A stretch of 64,000 nt of DNA from Myxococcota bacterium (GTDB lineage Bacteria > Myxococcota_A > UBA796): contig JAYZVA010000090.1 in assembly GCA_036156175.1 (NCBI GenBank), positions 1,609 to 65,608 on the forward strand, written 5' to 3'. Below are positions 62,560 to 64,000 of this stretch, in pieces; positions within the stretch are counted from its first letter, which is position 1; the number at the start of each line of letters is the position of its first letter. Both the position numbers and the translations under genes were made by a program. The notes under the pieces are model-generated. The model made no database searches, had not been told where the DNA came from, and saw only the letters and a list, made by a program, of their open reading frames with translations.

Positions 62560-63984
62560 ATGATGAGGCATGCGATTTGGGTCGTGGCAGCGGCCATGGG
62601 GTGCGTCGAGGCGCAGTACGCAACCACCGAGCCGCCGGAGACCTCCGGTGTGGCAGACACCGGGAGCGCGCCCGCCACGCCGGTGGATGGCCAGGTGGCC
62701 TTCCAGGGCACCTACAACGCGCCGGATGCCCTTTTGTTCGAATGGACCATGGACGACGGCGAAACGGCCGAACTCCGCGTCAGCGGACCCGATGGCTTTG
62801 AGGCCATGGTGCCCGGACTGAGCGGCTCGACCCACACCCTTCAAGCGCTGGCCGACGGCGAGTACCACGCAACGGTGACGGTGCGCCACGCCGACGGCAG
62901 CCAATCCGCCGCGTCGCTCACCCAGCTGGTCGGCACCAACCGCTTGGTCTACCGCTCCGAGGTGCCGCTCGACCGCGCGATGGATGTGTGGGGGACCGGG
63001 GACGTGGCCGTGGTTGGTGGCGGAACCAACAGCCGAACCAGCGCGTTGGTGGTGGACATCTCCACCGCAACCCAACCCGACGGGCTCCACACGATGACCG
63101 GAATCGGGTTCGTGAGGGACGTGAAGGTCTTCGATGATCTGCTCTTCACCGCGGTGGACCCAAACTCCGACGGGTGCGAGCTCTGCGATGACATCGGCGT
63201 ACGAATCTACGAGTTCAGCAACCCGGCCGAACCGAAGCTGCTGTCCACCATCGGCTCGCCCGCCTGGGCGGTGCACAACATGACCTACAGCAACGGTCAC
63301 CTGTACCTGGCCAGCATGGCCGAGGGGTCCGTGGCCGTCTTTGACGTGCGCGACCCGGCCGAACCGACCCGCGTGGCCACGTGGTACTCGCAAGAGGCCC
63401 CCGGCTTTGCCCACGGCCCGGGCGGCTCCACCCACGACATGACCGCCCAAGGCGACCGGTTGTATGTGGCCCACGTGACCGGCTTCAGCATCGTCGACAT
63501 CGCCGATCCCACCAATCCAACGACCTTGTCCGATACCCGGGTCAACATGGGCATGCACAACGTGTGGCCCAACGCGGATGGCACGCGGCTGGTGGGCACC
63601 CAAGAGATCTTCGGGGGTGCGCTGTCCCTGTGGGACATCTCGGACCCCGAGAACATCGCGTTGTTGGACAGCCGCTCAAACGGCGACGACCGCTGCGTGC
63701 ACAACGCGTACTTCGACGGCGACACCGTGTTCGCCGCCTGGTACATCGACGGCGTGTACAGCTTCACCGTCGATGACGACACGCTGGTGGAGACGGGACA
63801 CTACGACACCTACGACGGCGCCCCGCCGGCACCGCCCGACGGCGCACCGCCACCCGGACCGCCCATCGAGGGCGCGTGGGGTCTCTGGACGTACGGCGAC
63901 CACGTTGTGGTCGGCGACACCGAGCGGGGAATGGTCGTCGTGGACCACTTCCCGCGCGTCATCAAGCAGTCGTCCTACCGGTAA
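62560..63984 (+). CDS. LVIVD-repeat / choice-of-anchor-B-like beta-propeller lipoprotein
   Basis: Lipobox AAAMGC. Repeats: HNMTYSNGHLYLA...VAVFDVRDPAEP, HDMTAQGDRLYVA...FSIVDIADPTNP, LSLWDISDPENI, HNAYFDGDTVFAAWY. Confidence 0.75.
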   Translation: MMRHAIWVVAAAMGCVEAQYATTEPPETSGVADTGSAPATPVDGQVAFQGTYNAPDALLFEWTMDDGETAELRVSGPDGFEAMVPGLSGSTHTLQALADGEYHATVTVRHADGSQSAASLTQLVGTNRLVYRSEVPLDRAMDVWGTGDVAVVGGGTNSRTSALVVDISTATQPDGLHTMTGIGFVRDVKVFDDLLFTAVDPNSDGCELCDDIGVRIYEFSNPAEPKLLSTIGSPAWAVHNMTYSNGHLYLASMAEGSVAVFDVRDPAEPTRVATWYSQEAPGFAHGPGGSTHDMTAQGDRLYVAHVTGFSIVDIADPTNPTTLSDTRVNMGMHNVWPNADGTRLVGTQEIFGGALSLWDISDPENIALLDSRSNGDDRCVHNAYFDGDTVFAAWYIDGVYSFTVDDDTLVETGHYDTYDGAPPAPPDGAPPPGPPIEGAWGLWTYGDHVVVGDTERGMVVVDHFPRVIKQSSYR

Positions 63985-64000
63985 ACGCGCACGTAGTCCA

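Overview
This is a visibly GC-rich, very tightly packed bacterial chromosomal segment; I did not compute the GC content. I can support about 59 protein-coding genes. I found no rRNA, tRNA, CRISPR array, transposase or integrase.

Housekeeping genes are msrB-msrA, gloA, an rluA-type gene, ygiQ, hrpB, rbgA, a tsaC-like gene, htpG, yigZ, yebC, scoAB, yaiI, trmO and pirin. These are interleaved with an unusually large set of predicted lipoproteins and surface proteins:
- LVIVD and FG-GAP beta-propellers
- an L-type-lectin-like protein
- an M66-like metalloprotease
- a PHM-like copper monooxygenase
- PhoD-like and metallophosphoesterase proteins

There is also a catabolic island with PreA-like, beta-ureidopropionase-like, NCS1 permease, aldehyde dehydrogenase, proline dehydrogenase and SSS transporter genes.

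The most interesting observation is an in-frame TGA at 24003-24005. It sits exactly where the first Cys of a thioredoxin-fold WCxxC motif should be. A hairpin with an fdhF-like AGGUCU apex follows it. ORFs 22464-24005 and 24009-24335 therefore read as one candidate selenoprotein: lipobox, LVIVD propeller, then a UxxC redoxin.

Other notable signals:
- a recurrent TAnnnT -10 box 5-7 nt from ATG start codons, which implies leaderless mRNAs
- a TCGGCGG motif abutting several -10 boxes
- a shared CCAGTG/CACTGG palindrome at two promoters
- a split PSCyt / DUF1501 / DUF1549-like operon coupled by 4-nt overlaps
- a C-x-DGY-x6-7-RC motif after the lipobox of three propeller lipoproteins
- convergent genes that systematically abut or overlap

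All functional calls come from motif recognition by eye. No database search was run.
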